Positions 1-11,816 of a stretch of 64,000 nt of DNA are shown here, piece by piece (the first letter of the stretch is position 1; each line of letters begins with the position of its first letter). A program made the translations under genes and the position numbers. The notes beneath the pieces are model-generated. The model was given only the letters and a program-made list of their open reading frames with translations. It had not been told where the DNA came from and ran no database searches. The stretch is from Octopus vulgaris. Taxonomy: Eukaryota. The stretch covers positions 89,714,001 to 89,778,000 of the forward strand of contig OX597820.1 in assembly GCA_951406725.2 (NCBI GenBank). The letters run 5' to 3'.

Positions 1-876
1 TTTTGTTTCTGATTCCTGCAAATGAAGTGAGAGAACGCGTTTCCTTACATCACGTACCTTCTATAGCCATAGTCTAAAAAAACACGTTCATCTAAGAAAC
101 ACATTCACAGCCACCTACCACACTCTAATGCTCAACTCAAAATCACTTTGCACAAACCACCTGTCCGCATAACACACTTCTCTTACGATACAGGTAGACA
201 TTCATACTTAACCTTGTACTCATACACAAAAACACACACAGGTACACATGCACACACACACACACACACACACAAAACACACAAACACACTTCCTTCAAA
301 CACAGATGAACGTAAGCATGGTTCACATATATGCTATTTTCCATTACATAACAACCCATTACCCTACACACGTCTCAACGCTACCTGCGATCTACTACAC
401 TCGAAACGCAGCAACAGTTTTATTTGCTCATTATACACACATTTCTCTTATACTTGTCACAAAGACAAACCTACTTTATACACAGTGAGTCTTTTCTCTC
501 AGATTTTCCATGCTTATTTTCCTTACTCCTCTTTAGTTTTCTTCCCCAGAAAGAGTACCTTCATTATTTAACTACTCCTGTATGCATTCAAGCATGTTTC
601 TTCATCGTGCTTTGTTTTCCCTTCATCATCTTATCGTTTTAATATTCCTCCATTCTGATTTAACGAAGAATTTTTCCGAAACGTTATTATTCGTTCCTCT
701 GTAGCTTTAATTACACTGACTTTGCATTTCCTTCGTTACTTTTGATATTTGCTGCTTCCTTACTCAGATACACACATACATATCTTCTTTGGCTAGAAGA
801 CGAGTCAAACCTGTACATGTAAATTCGTGCGTTAGTGTAGAATATATTGCAAATTAAACAGGTTACTTGCTCCAAA

Positions 877-1107
877 AGGTGGCGAACTGGCAGAAACGTT
901 AGCACACCGGGCGAAATGTGTAGCCGTATTTCGTCTACCATTAGTTTCTGAGTTCAAATTCCGCCGAGGTCGACTTTGCCTTTCATCCTTTCGCGGTCGA
1001 TAAATTAAGTACCAGTTATGCACTGGGGTCGATGTAATCGACTAAATCCGTTTGTTTGTCCTTGTTTGTCCCCTCTGTGTTTAGCCCCTTGTGGGTAGTA
1101 AAGAAAT
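877..1107 (+). mobile_element. tRNA-derived SINE, family A (octopus-type)
   Basis: tRNA-like head GGTGGCGAACTGGCAGAAACGTTAGC...GAGTTCAAATTCC, body GCCTTTCATCCTTTC..GTCGATAAATTAAGTACCAG; flanked by an exact 17-bp direct repeat AGGTTACTTGCTCCAAA (860-876, 1108-1124); many homologous copies in the window. Confidence 0.9.
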
Positions 1108-1779
1108 AGGTTACTTGCTCCAAACACTGCTTTACTGTATTCACACGCTTCTAATAGCATTATTTTTGGAGTAAAACGTGTTTTACAAATTTGGCTAAAG
1201 TGTTTTATGAAGGAAAGTCAAACTCAGGAAATTTCCGCATTTGAATCTTTTAACCTTAACTTTGATGAGATCAAAATTGTAAAGAATAGAAAATGAATAA
1301 CAAGGTTGGTTTGAATTGTTCTTCAATAAATTTCTATACAGTATTTAAGATGTCAAGAAGTGTCATTTTAAGTTACTTTTAAATGGAAGCGAAGCTTACA
1401 AAAAACATATTTTACTGTTTAGATAAAAAGTTGTGTCTAAATAACTCCACATAAAATCTAGTTAGCTTGATTAGGTCATGTTCTTTCTTTTGTTTTAATA
1501 AAAGAAAAAAGTTCCATGCTGATATGGATATTATAAATCAATTTGTTATTCTCGCGGATGTACTGCAACATATTTTGAAGTCCAGAAGCTAGTGGAGATG
1601 ACGAAGATCTTCATTTCTTTGTCTTCTACAAAGATAATAGGTCTACACTTCAGTAATCAGGTTATACTACAGAAAAGAAAAGATTTCACTCTTGTACACC
1701 TAGAACTACCGTAAGAAGCAAACTCTTAATTATTCAGAAAACAAGACAAAACATGAAGCAACTGCCAATACATTTTAAC

Positions 1780-2320
1780 ATTACGCAAATGAAGACAATT
1801 TCCCGGAGAACCATAACAAGAATGTTCGAAGCTGCTGGTTTTCTCGATAATAGAAGAGTAAGGAAGCATTCTTGCCCAAATATGGTAACTATCAAACTGC
1901 TTTCAGAAAATCATCTAGAACGATGAATCAAGATTTAAGCTTTATATATACCCTTGGACGATACTGTCGTGGGGCTTGCGAGTGAATGCAAGCGGAGCGT
2001 ATTTCAACAATTGATTTTTAAATGAAGGTGAAATTAGGTTACCGGATGCATTTTCATCCTCAGATGAAGCTTGTAAGAAACAAATAATCAGTTGTTTCCT
2101 TGCTATACTAAAACTATTTGACGTACCATTACAGCACATTCAGGGCAAATTATTTCCTGCAGGGAATATAAAGGTGATTCAATTTTCAAGAACATAGGGT
2201 TCCTACTCATACTTAAAAACGAACAAAAGTATGGATAGAGAACCTAGAAATCTTTGTTCTGCACAGAAAAAATTTCTTATAGAAATCACAGAAAAAATAT
2301 TTGGGTTTGTATTTTACATA
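1780..2320 (+). pseudogene. Highly decayed Tc1-like transposase fragment
   Basis: Manual translation gives TISRRTITRMFEAAG (~1795) and FQEHRVPTHT*KRTKVWIE (~2184), resembling Tc1 'VSRRTVRRRLREAG' and 'FQQDNAPxHTSKxTKxW'; many stops and frameshifts. Confidence 0.5.
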
Positions 2321-2479
2321 CGTTTGGAAGATTTGCAACCTCTGATGATTTTCGGAAAGTTGTGATACATAACACTGACAATACCGATTTGTGGTAAAAA
2401 ATGAATCTGATACATACCAAAATAGCTAGGTAACAATGTTAAGACATGCTATTATACAAATTTGCAGCTGTATCTCTGC

Positions 2480-3250
2480 ATATTTTATATAATTTTAAGA
2501 GTAAGATTTGTAAGATTGTGTTATTAGAAAAATTTATCTCAGGTTATTTTATATATGTCTAGAGTTAGCAAACTTTATGGAAGGTCACTTTGTTTAAGTA
2601 GGTGAATGCTGCCATAATCCTCGCAGTCAGTGTATCTTTGGTGTTACAAGGAGTTGAGTTGGTCTCTCGTTCAACTGCACCTCTAACATAATAATCAAGG
2701 GCGTTGCGGTCTGGGGGAGTTACGTGCCCAGATGTTAGAGGTAATGTGGTCGCAGAAATTCTCTGACGGCCATGACTGGGTTCTCCTGCATGTGTGGCAT
2801 GATGCAGAACCCTGTTGTCAGACATAGGGCCTTCCTGTTGCTATCCTGTTGACCAAGGGCAACATTACCTGCTCCAGGCGCTTGATGTAGGCGTCCGTGT
2901 TGAGTCTGAGGCCGTGTGGGAAGATGGAGGCATAACGTTGACATCACTAGTGATCACTCCAAACGCCATGATGTTGAATAGATGTTTGATTTTTATCACT
3001 CTCGGTACATATCTCCAGACTGCACTGTCCTCAGATTGACACTGACACACTCTGAAATCTTCGTATTTGACCTGCCGGTGCGAATGCCAAGCAGTACATC
3101 GTTTCGTACATAAATTTCTGACAGAGTGAACTGTTTTCTCAAAGACAGTGCCTAACTGACCTTACTATACTGTGTAGTCGACAAAATAAAACCAAACCTT
3201 GCGCATGCGTGCAATTAGAGATATAATGTGGTGACAATTTACCCATCACA
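2480..3250 (-). mobile_element. Tc1/mariner DD37D (maT-like) transposon remnant
   Basis: Frameshifted ORF pieces MAFGVITSDVNVMPP and PDRNALDYYVRGAVERETNSTPCNTKDTLTARIMAAF; reconstructed spacing between the second and third catalytic D is about 37 aa. Confidence 0.8.
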
Positions 3251-3273
3251 ATATCTCTATCTCACTCTCTCGC

Positions 3274-3315
<42 letters not shown>

Positions 3316-3468
3316 CATAAAGATTAGTTGCCAACAGGACTTGGGGGTCCTACAAAGATCGATGGTACTGCTGTTTAAGCCCAAGGAAAGCATCTGTATA
3401 TCTCTCGCTGAGAGATTTAGAAAATATTGTTTTTCTCTCTCTTTCTCTGAGCGATATGTGCTAGTCAT

Positions 3469-5360
3469 TGTAATACTGACAGTGAAAGAGTACGAAGTGG
3501 ACGGTCATAGATTACTAACTATAATGCTATGCCGGAATGGGCGTTATGACAGTCTGACAGAGGATTACAACAATGGCGACGAGGAATTAACAAACTTAGA
3601 GGGAGTTTTGAATGTCACAAATGTTTTTTGTGCGTATGTTATGATATACCAAATCGTAAAATTATGGAAAAATTGTTGGCGGTTTGCTTGAGTTGCAAAA
3701 GCACCACCAACAACAACTGAAAAACAACATCAGAAGCAACAGTAGAAGCAATGACAACAACTACTGTTACTGCAACAAATGCTGCAATTAATAAGTATTA
3801 AGTCATAAAAAATGATGCAATTAATGAATACTAAGCTGTCAAAAAAGGCTGGAGATGTTCTCGCGAAATTATATTGCAAACTCGATAATAGAATTTAAGC
3901 ATGAACCAAATGAAGGAGTTACCTTTGAGGCGTCCTAGAGAAGACACGAACAGACACGAACAGATCTTCAATAGAGAGTGCAAAGATTGGTACGACGATA
4001 TGAAAACGCGTTTAATCTTAGGAAAACTGGCAGCAGCAGAACATGAGCATAACAGCAATTACGAACTTCTGAAAAAAAACAACCCTTCTGATATAAACTT
4101 TAAAGAGACGTAATGTAATGATCCCCACTAGGTAATTTGTTAAAGAACAATGTAATACGGTGTTGGACTGATAAGTGCTAGAAGGCCTTTGGCGAATTAA
4201 AAACAAACATTTTAACATCGAACTTATCGTTAAACAATTTTGATCCGAAGCTGGATATTATATTGGCTACTGATGCGTGTGATTACGGTGTAGGATCCGT
4301 GATTCTGCACGAATATGTCGATAGGAATAAAAAGGCTATATCCCATGCGGCACGATCGTTATTATCAGCAGAAAGGAACTATAGACAAATAGGAAAGGGA
4401 GCGTTGGCAATCATATTCGGCGTGAAAAATACCATAAATTTATTCAGGGAAGACGCTTATGTCTACAAAGTGGTCATTGCCCACTACTGTCAAATCCCGG
4501 TTCTAAGAACGGAATACCAACACACACAGCGAATAGACTACAGCGATGGGGCACTACATTATTAAATTATCATTACAAAAAATGGAATATTTATCGTAAA
4601 AAATGCAAGAGATTAATATCAAAAGGAGAAATAAAAAAATGTAATGTGGAATCTAGTACTTGAATTACCGGTAACCCTAGAAGACAAACCTAAAACCGGT
4701 AAAGAAATAAAAAGAATAATGTGGCCAAGAAAACTAAATGAGACCAGGATTGGTGAATCTATGCACAATTTATTATGGCGTACTGATGTATGCACAGTGA
4801 GTAGTGATACCTGAAACCCTACAAAAGAAAATTTTCTGGGAATTTCAAGTTGGACAACCTGGTATTTCAAGGATGAAATTTTAATGCCTAGCTACGTGTA
4901 CTAGCCAAAAATGGATAGAGAAAATGAAAATTTAGTGAAAAGCTCGAGAGGATGTGCTGTATTGACAAAATTACCGACGATATAATGTGAACCTTGGCCA
5001 AAAATAGATGATCCGTGGTTGAGACTACACATTAATTTGCTGATCCCTTCAACGGTTCATACGATTTAGTGGTAATGGATAGTTTCTCTAAATGACCAGA
5101 AATTTATAAGTGTAAAAAGCCAACCTCCTCAACTGCGACAAATTTACTACATGAGCTGTTTGTGAGATTTGGCATCTCAGACGCGATAGTGTCTGACAAT
5201 GGAACACAGTTGTGTCTTTTGAATGTAAAGTGTTTTGTAAAACGTTCGTTGTTGTATATGTAACCATCCCAGATCTAACGAACGCTTTGTCGATATGTTC
5301 AAGACAGCCCTACGCAAAATTTCACAAAACCATAATTTGTTTGTGAGGGAGATATTAGTG
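3469..5360 (+). mobile_element. Ty3/Gypsy LTR retrotransposon remnant (gag piece, RNase H, integrase; RT largely missing)
   Basis: PBS-like TGGCGACGAGGA at 3574-3585 after a short TGTAAT...ATTACA(ACA) LTR-like segment; RNase H ATDACDYGVGSVILH...ERNYRQIGKGALAIIFGVK (4263-4430); integrase motifs PWLRLHI, VVMDSFSK, LFVRFGISDAIVSDNGTQ (~5010-5210). Confidence 0.85.
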
Positions 5361-6237
5361 TAGAAAATGGATTTCCATGTATTTTAAGTGATGATCTACA
5401 CATAATGTGTTGGTGGTGATGTTGAGAATCGTGATGGAGTGATTAGAAGCAGTGGTGACAGTGAAGGTGTTTGTTTGTTTTAATTGTTTGGACAGAGGGA
5501 TGTCTGCAAATGTTATGAAAAGAAAAGTATATAAAACTTGTCATTAAGATTTGGTTCGCAGAAGCCGCGCATATACATATATATGTATGTATGTACGTAT
5601 GTACATAAGTACGTGCTTGTGTGTTATATTTGCCTCTTCATGTATCGTGTGCGTGCGTGAAGGTGCACGTGTGGTTGAGTTGACGAGATCTCGGAAAGGT
5701 AGTAATGAGTAAGCACATGAAAAGAAAAAGAAAACCCTTAGAAATGAAAGACATTGGAGTGTCTTGCATGATGTTTCTTAAAGAAGATGGCTGTCGGGTG
5801 TTTGTAGTTACATCTTATATGGCTAGCACTGGACTCAAAAAAGAACAACAGAGTAGTAATACTTGAGTCGTAAAAAGGAAAAGAGAATTCTTTGCAACAT
5901 ATATATCAGGAGCACATTAGAAATTTACTGACTCGAGACAAACGAATAAAACATACACTAATGTGTTCGAAATGGTTAGACCAATAGTCAGCTTTTTGTG
6001 AACGAAATCATCAAGGACATTCCTTTTAAAATGCTGCTAGGTTATGTGGAAGAAGTGCTTCTATGGGAAGATGCCGTAATCGCTGTGATTTTCTGTTGAA
6101 CTCCACCAATGTTTAAATATATAAACAAAAATAACATACAAGAACTTACATGTATCGAGTTTTTCTCACATAACCATATTTGTATATATCTATAAATTTA
6201 TACGCACATGTATGCACATACACACGCACATATATGC

Positions 6238-6577
6238 GTGACCCCCTTCGGTCAGACACTGACCATGGGCTTGCACCTAAAGAGTTACTCTCTGAGGCAC
6301 AAGTCTGGGCAAAGTTGTTTTTTATGGAAGACCAGCAGTCGCCCATGCATACCAGCCTCCCCTCTGCACGCCACCAGTGTTATCCAAGGGAAAGGCAAAG
6401 GCCGATACAGCTTGGCACCAGTGATGTTGCAACTCATTTCTACAGCTGAGTGAACTGGAGCAACGTGAACTAAAGCGTCTTGCTCAAGAACACAACACGC
6501 AGCCCGGTCCGGGCTTCGAGCTCACAACCTCACGATCGTAAGCTCGACGCTCTAACCACTGAGCCACGCGCCTTCAC
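6238..6577 (-). mobile_element. tRNA-derived SINE, family B
   Basis: Minus strand starts GAAGGCGCGTGGCTCAGTGGTTAGAGCGTC (A box) with a B-box-like motif; homologous to the + copy at 31848-32178. Confidence 0.9.
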
Positions 6578-8618
6578 ACACACACATATATATTACAGTA
6601 ACATCAGCGCCAGGTAGTATTAGGCATAAGTGAATTTTAGGTTATTTAAAATATGTTTCTTACATATGTCAACTGCTAAAGTCAGATTCACTGCAGTTAC
6701 CACGGAGAAAATATTTTCTCTTATGATAAAGAAGGTGTAAAAACACCATGTCTGTCCAATGCTGTCACCTGTCGGATTCCCAGACATCGATGTTTCTAGC
6801 TTCTGAGTGGGAATCAATAGGAATTAGCGAAGAGATGCAACTCTGGGCAGCGCTAATGAAGCTATGGCTTTAACTAAAATACAGTCAACAACATTGACTG
6901 ATTTGTGCCAGCAGAGCTCCAAGATTGTGAAAATACCCCCCCCAATTACATTCACTCTCACAAATATGTACTAACGGTTATATCATAATCTATCATCGAA
7001 AAATTTATTGTAGCATTCGTTTACGTCCATTTACGTTCTGGTTACTTCCCTTTGTTCTTATGGCAACTGAAACATTTAAATTTCTCAAGTCGATAACTAC
7101 CGAAATCTCTAATATAAATTTCAATAGCAGTATCGCAATACGACTGCAGCGCCCCAAATACGCCGGTAAATAAGTAAAACAACAGAGAATCGATCTTGCT
7201 TTTAAGTTGTTAGATAGTTTTATAGATAAATATTCTATACTTTAAATTATGGCGAGCAACTTAATTAATATATGCCATCTTTCTTTTTTCTTTTTAAACT
7301 GAATCTAAATACACTTTGTTATTCCCGAAGCTTTATTTATATGTGATTCATTCAATATTGATCTCATAACACTTGTGTAAAATTGACTTTTCATTCTGAT
7401 TAGCATATATTCACAACTGAAATCGTACTCAAAGAACACTTGTAGCGTTCATGAATTCTATTTCCACGGACAATTTCCCTTCAGGAGATATTAGCATCTA
7501 CAATTATCTTCCTGTCAAATGCATATTGTATATCACAAGGAAGGTTCTCTTTCGATCAGCAGAATTCTCCAAGAAAAGTGAGAATAATTACGATATTAAT
7601 ATTGGTGATGAATACGATTGCGATTATGCTTATGATTGTAATGTTGATGACGAAGATGATGAAGAAGCTCGTGTTGATAATGGTGATGAACAAGACAAAG
7701 AAATTTACGAGGATTATTATACGACGATAACCATATTATATTAAATATTGTGAACTCTTGAAATTGTTCTGGAACATTCTTGTCGCCTTAAACTCACGGC
7801 AAACGAGTATATAATATGTAGGCGTAAAATCGTACATATATCATATATATCCAAACAGAATATTTAGATACATTCACACATTCAATTATATTACAAATAT
7901 ACGGACACACATCGAACCTCGTTACATACCAACATGTACACACATATATTTACATAAAGTATAATTACCTTCATATTTATATGTACACTTTTATACATAC
8001 AGATATACGTATACACATATAAACATGTATAAATGCTTACATGCAAGCATATGTTCATGCATAATAACGTGCATACATACATGCATGCATATATATTCAT
8101 ATATCTATTCATCCCTTCTTCCCTTCATACCACCGTCCGTCCATCCGTCCGTAATCCATCCCTACCTCCATCCATCTATTCATTTATCCACACATCTATT
8201 CAGAAATCCATCCACCTATCCCTGAATGCATACAGGTATGCTTACTTACATGCATAGATAAGTACAAGCATTTATAAAGACGTGCACAAATCCATCCATC
8301 CATCTATCCATCCATCCATCCATCCATCCATCCATCCATCCATCTATCCATAGCATAAACTCCCATGTCTATTAAATAGGGCGATATCTTCCACAGCAGA
8401 AAATATCAGGTCCTAGCAACGCAATGATTGTTGCATCTATAGATTGATATCACTTTTATTTCGAAGATGACACCGACAATAAAATGTCATATATTTCCTG
8501 ATATCTATTTCGTATTTAATAGAATGTTACATTCTAATTAGCCAGTTAGTATACAGGATATTATATAGAAATGCGAGTTCACTTACACATCTGTTCACAC
8601 GCATGACACACAGACACA

Positions 8619-8657
<39 letters not shown>

Positions 8658-8710
8658 GAACACAGATTTTCTTTAATGTTTCAACCTTAAGATCGACAGT
8701 AAAAGTTTAA

Positions 8711-8831
8711 GATGCTTACATCACCTATGCTTCCCAAGAGGTTCCCCATCTAAGTACTTCTTAGGCTTGATGTTGCTCAACTTCGTTGATCAGTCGAGAA
8801 CAGGTACATTCAGCGTTATATGGACGTAAGC
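8711..8831 (-). pseudogene. Degenerate 5S rRNA copy (pseudogene or SINE3-like head)
   Basis: Reverse complement GCTTACGTCCATATAACGCTGAATGTACCTGTTCTCGACTGATCAACGAAGTTGAGCAAC...AGTACTTAGATGGGGAACCTCTTGGGAAGCATAGGTGATGTAAGC is colinear with animal 5S rRNA over ~120 nt with many substitutions. Confidence 0.8.
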
Positions 8832-9039
8832 ACACACATACACACACACACACACACATACACACACACACATACACACACACACATACACACACATAAA
8901 TACACACGCAAACGCTTGCGCAGATGAGGATACATATCACAGAAAGACAAAATAAATTCATCATAACAAAGTAAGACATGTGGGATAAAGAGTCGCTGAG
9001 GAGGTCAAAGGATGTGTGATGAAAGAGCTTTGAGAAAGA

Positions 9040-9081
9040 AACAACAACAACAACAATAACAACAACAACAACAACAACAAC

Positions 9082-9126
<45 letters not shown>

Positions 9127-9135
9127 CATAGTAAT
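9040..9135 (+). repeat. (CAA)n/(TAA)n microsatellite
   Basis: Seen directly. Confidence 0.95.
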
Positions 9136-9140
9136 GATAA

Positions 9141-9668
9141 TATACCCTGATGCAGTACCAGGCAGTGGCTCTCGTGGCTTCTGAACTTAACTGATTGGAA
9201 GTGTTATCATGTACATTGTTTTGTCTTGGTATAAAAGATAGGCTACATTAAATATTCTGCTCAATACTTCATATTTGCTTGTCACATGCTTGACCTTAAC
9301 CAGTTGAGCATGTCCATTAGTGGCTGACGGTATGTGCATCTCTGATCACGAGCAGAAGTAGTTGGGGAGCATCATAGCCATGTGTTGAGTGGAATTCTTT
9401 GGGGTTTGGATAATTCACCTTTGGAAACATGGGTGAATCATCCTTAAACAACCCTTATTCAGAGACCATCTGAACAGGATGGCCTACTCGACCTGAAGAT
9501 AATTCCTACGGAAAGGTCATGTGCTGTTTATCTTGATATGAGATCACCCTGTCGCGCACATGACGTTGTGATACATGTGTCTGATGTACCCTTAGTCATG
9601 ATGGGTATACTGGGTTTTCTATATATACCCCAATGTCACTTTAATGACATGCACTGCTCTCTCACTCA
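9141..9668 (+). mobile_element. Non-coding retroposon ending in (TAA)n, copy 1 (probable R4/Dong-dependent element or LINE 3' UTR)
   Basis: Ends CTCTCTCACTC-AATAATAAT, flanked by TAA tracts, homologous to 9786-10370; no ORF. Confidence 0.7.
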
Positions 9669-9734
9669 ATAATAATAATAATAATGATAAAAATAAAAAT
9701 AATAATATTAATAATAATAATAATAATAATATTA

Positions 9735-9785
<51 letters not shown>

Positions 9786-9788
<3 letters not shown>

Positions 9789-10370
9789 TACATTGTTTTG
9801 TCTTGGTATATGTACATTGTTTTGTCTTGGTATATGTACATTGTTTTGTCTTGGTATATGTACATTGTTTTGTCTTGGTATATGTACATTGTTTTGTCTT
9901 GGTATAAAAGATGGGCTACAGCAAATATTCTGCTCAATACCACAGAGTTGCTTGTCAGTTGTTTGACCTTAACCAGTTGAGCATGTCCCTTAGTGGCTGA
10001 CGATATGTGCATCTCTGATCACGAGCAGAAGTAGTGGGGGAGCATCATAGCCATGTGTTGAGAGGGATTCTTTGGGGTTTGAATAATTCACCTTTGGAAA
10101 CATGGGTGGTTCTTTCAACATCCTAAACAACCCTTATTCAGGGACCGTTTGAGCGGGATGGGCTACTCAACCTGAGGAAAATTCTAACTGGGCCCCACCT
10201 GCAAGGTCATGTGCTGTTTATCTTGATATGAGATCACCATGTCGCGCACATATGGTTGTGATGCAAGTGCCTGGTGTGCCTTTATCAGACGGGCAGTCAT
10301 GATGGGTATATTGGGCTTCGTATATTTTACCCCAGTGTCACTTTGATGGCATGAACTGCTCTCTCACTCA
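9786..10370 (+). mobile_element. Same (TAA)n-tailed retroposon, copy 2, with 5 x 24-bp tandem repeat at its 5' end
   Basis: ATGTACATTGTTTTGTCTTGGTAT x5 perfect (9786-9905), then a body homologous to copy 1 and a TAA tail. Confidence 0.75.
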
Positions 10371-10499
10371 ATAATAATAATAATAATAATAATTGTTTGT
10401 TTCTGTGATGTTTTTGTTCTGATGTATTTCAGAATTTCATTCACATTTTTCGTTTCTTGGATCAATTTCCATTGATGAACATTTTTAAGGTTAAAATAA

Positions 10500-11655
10500 T
10501 GCCGTTATCGTAGCCTAAGGATAGTGTCGGGTTAGATTATGAAGCAAATAGAAAAGACAGGCTACAAGTACTTGAGGATAATGGAAATGGGATGAATTGA
10601 TGGAGAAAGAAATAACAGAAAAATTCTAGGTGGAGTACTTGCTCAGATTGAGATTGATCTCTAAGTCGAAATTAAACGGACGGAATAAGATTAAAGCTAT
10701 CAACCCCCGGGCAGTTTCACTCCTCTGATATGGAGCAGGGGTAATCGCATGGACACTAGACAAACTAAATAGCTTAGACAGAAAAACAATGAAGTTGCTC
10801 ACTAGATATGAATACTCCACCCAAAAAGTAACACAGACAGACTGTATGTACCAAGAAAAAGAGGAGGAAGAGAACAGATCGGATACGAACACAGCATTAG
10901 AGCACAAGAAAACAAACAATATAGTACGGAGGCTCTAATCTGTGCTGCTGAAAAGTAGGTATTAAGAACGAATTACATCGAATACAGAATAGTCAACACA
11001 TCAGAAAGTAGTAAGTGCAGATTTTGTAGCTAAAATGACATATTACCGGTCAATGTACGCAGCTAGCCTACAAAGAATATAAGAGACGTCTTGATAAAAT
11101 ATCAAGGATTGTCCATTTGACACGTTGTAACAAGTATGAACTTGATAGTGCAAAAAGGTGGTACGAACATAAACCCGAAGGCATCACAGAAAATGATAAT
11201 GTAAAGATCCTATGGAATTTTATGATTCAGTGCAATCATGAGATAGAAAATAGGAAACGAGACCTAGTGTTAATTGAGAAGGAAAGTAAACGATGCTGGA
11301 TCATAGATATAGCATGCCCAGCTGACAACAAGGTATACGATAAGGAAGAAAGAAAAGTCGATAGATATGACAAGTTTGCTTGGGCGGTTAAGCAATTGTG
11401 GTCGTTGAAAATGATGCTAGTAATGCCAACAATTATCGGAGCCCTGGGAACAATGAGTAAAAATCTCGAGAAATACATTGAAAAACTAGGGGCTGCAATA
11501 ATGGTGCAACGCTTTCAGAAAATAGCACTGTTAAGAACCTCACGAATGCTCCGGATGGTGCTCGAAAAATTAGGGGTGTTGCCTTAGTGCACTGGTAGTG
11601 AACAGCTGGCAGCGTTGTACATCTCCAGCGTTAGAAGCTGTGCAAAGACAATAAA
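10500..11655 (+). mobile_element. R4/Dong-type non-LTR retrotransposon, family 2, decayed 3' part
   Basis: YKYL.., CRFC zinc-knuckle remnant, and RLE domain KILWNFMIQCNHEIENRKRDLVLIEKESKRCWIIDIACP...PTIIGALG (ORF 11117-11587); ends in an AATAAT tail. Confidence 0.85.
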
Positions 11656-11816
11656 TAATAATTATAAGTATAAAGCTGAAGTAAAGAGCAAACATATAGT
11701 GCTTGTGTTTGCCTGACTAATTAACCAACTGATTAGTGTTTATGTATGCATGTATGTATGTATGTATGTATGTATGTATGTATGTATGTATGTATGTACT
11801 TATTCTCCTGTATATA

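Noticed and set aside
5360-5570. 3' LTR of the Gypsy element
   Set aside because: A purine-rich GAGGGAGA precedes it, but no match to the putative 5' LTR was recognisable
6500-6577. tRNA gene candidates (also 877-965 and 33250-33320)
   Set aside because: These are SINE heads continuing into multi-copy bodies; no complete cloverleaf
7451-7744. 97-aa acidic ORF
   Set aside because: Derived from a decayed (GAT)n-like low-complexity tract; no recognisable domain or splice support
8711-8831. Functional 5S rRNA gene
   Set aside because: Many substitutions in conserved positions, no T-run terminator directly after the unit, and not in an array
9786-9905. Five identical 24-bp repeats resembling a CRISPR array
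   Set aside because: No spacers, eukaryotic context and no cas genes; the unit is an internal piece of the adjacent retroposon
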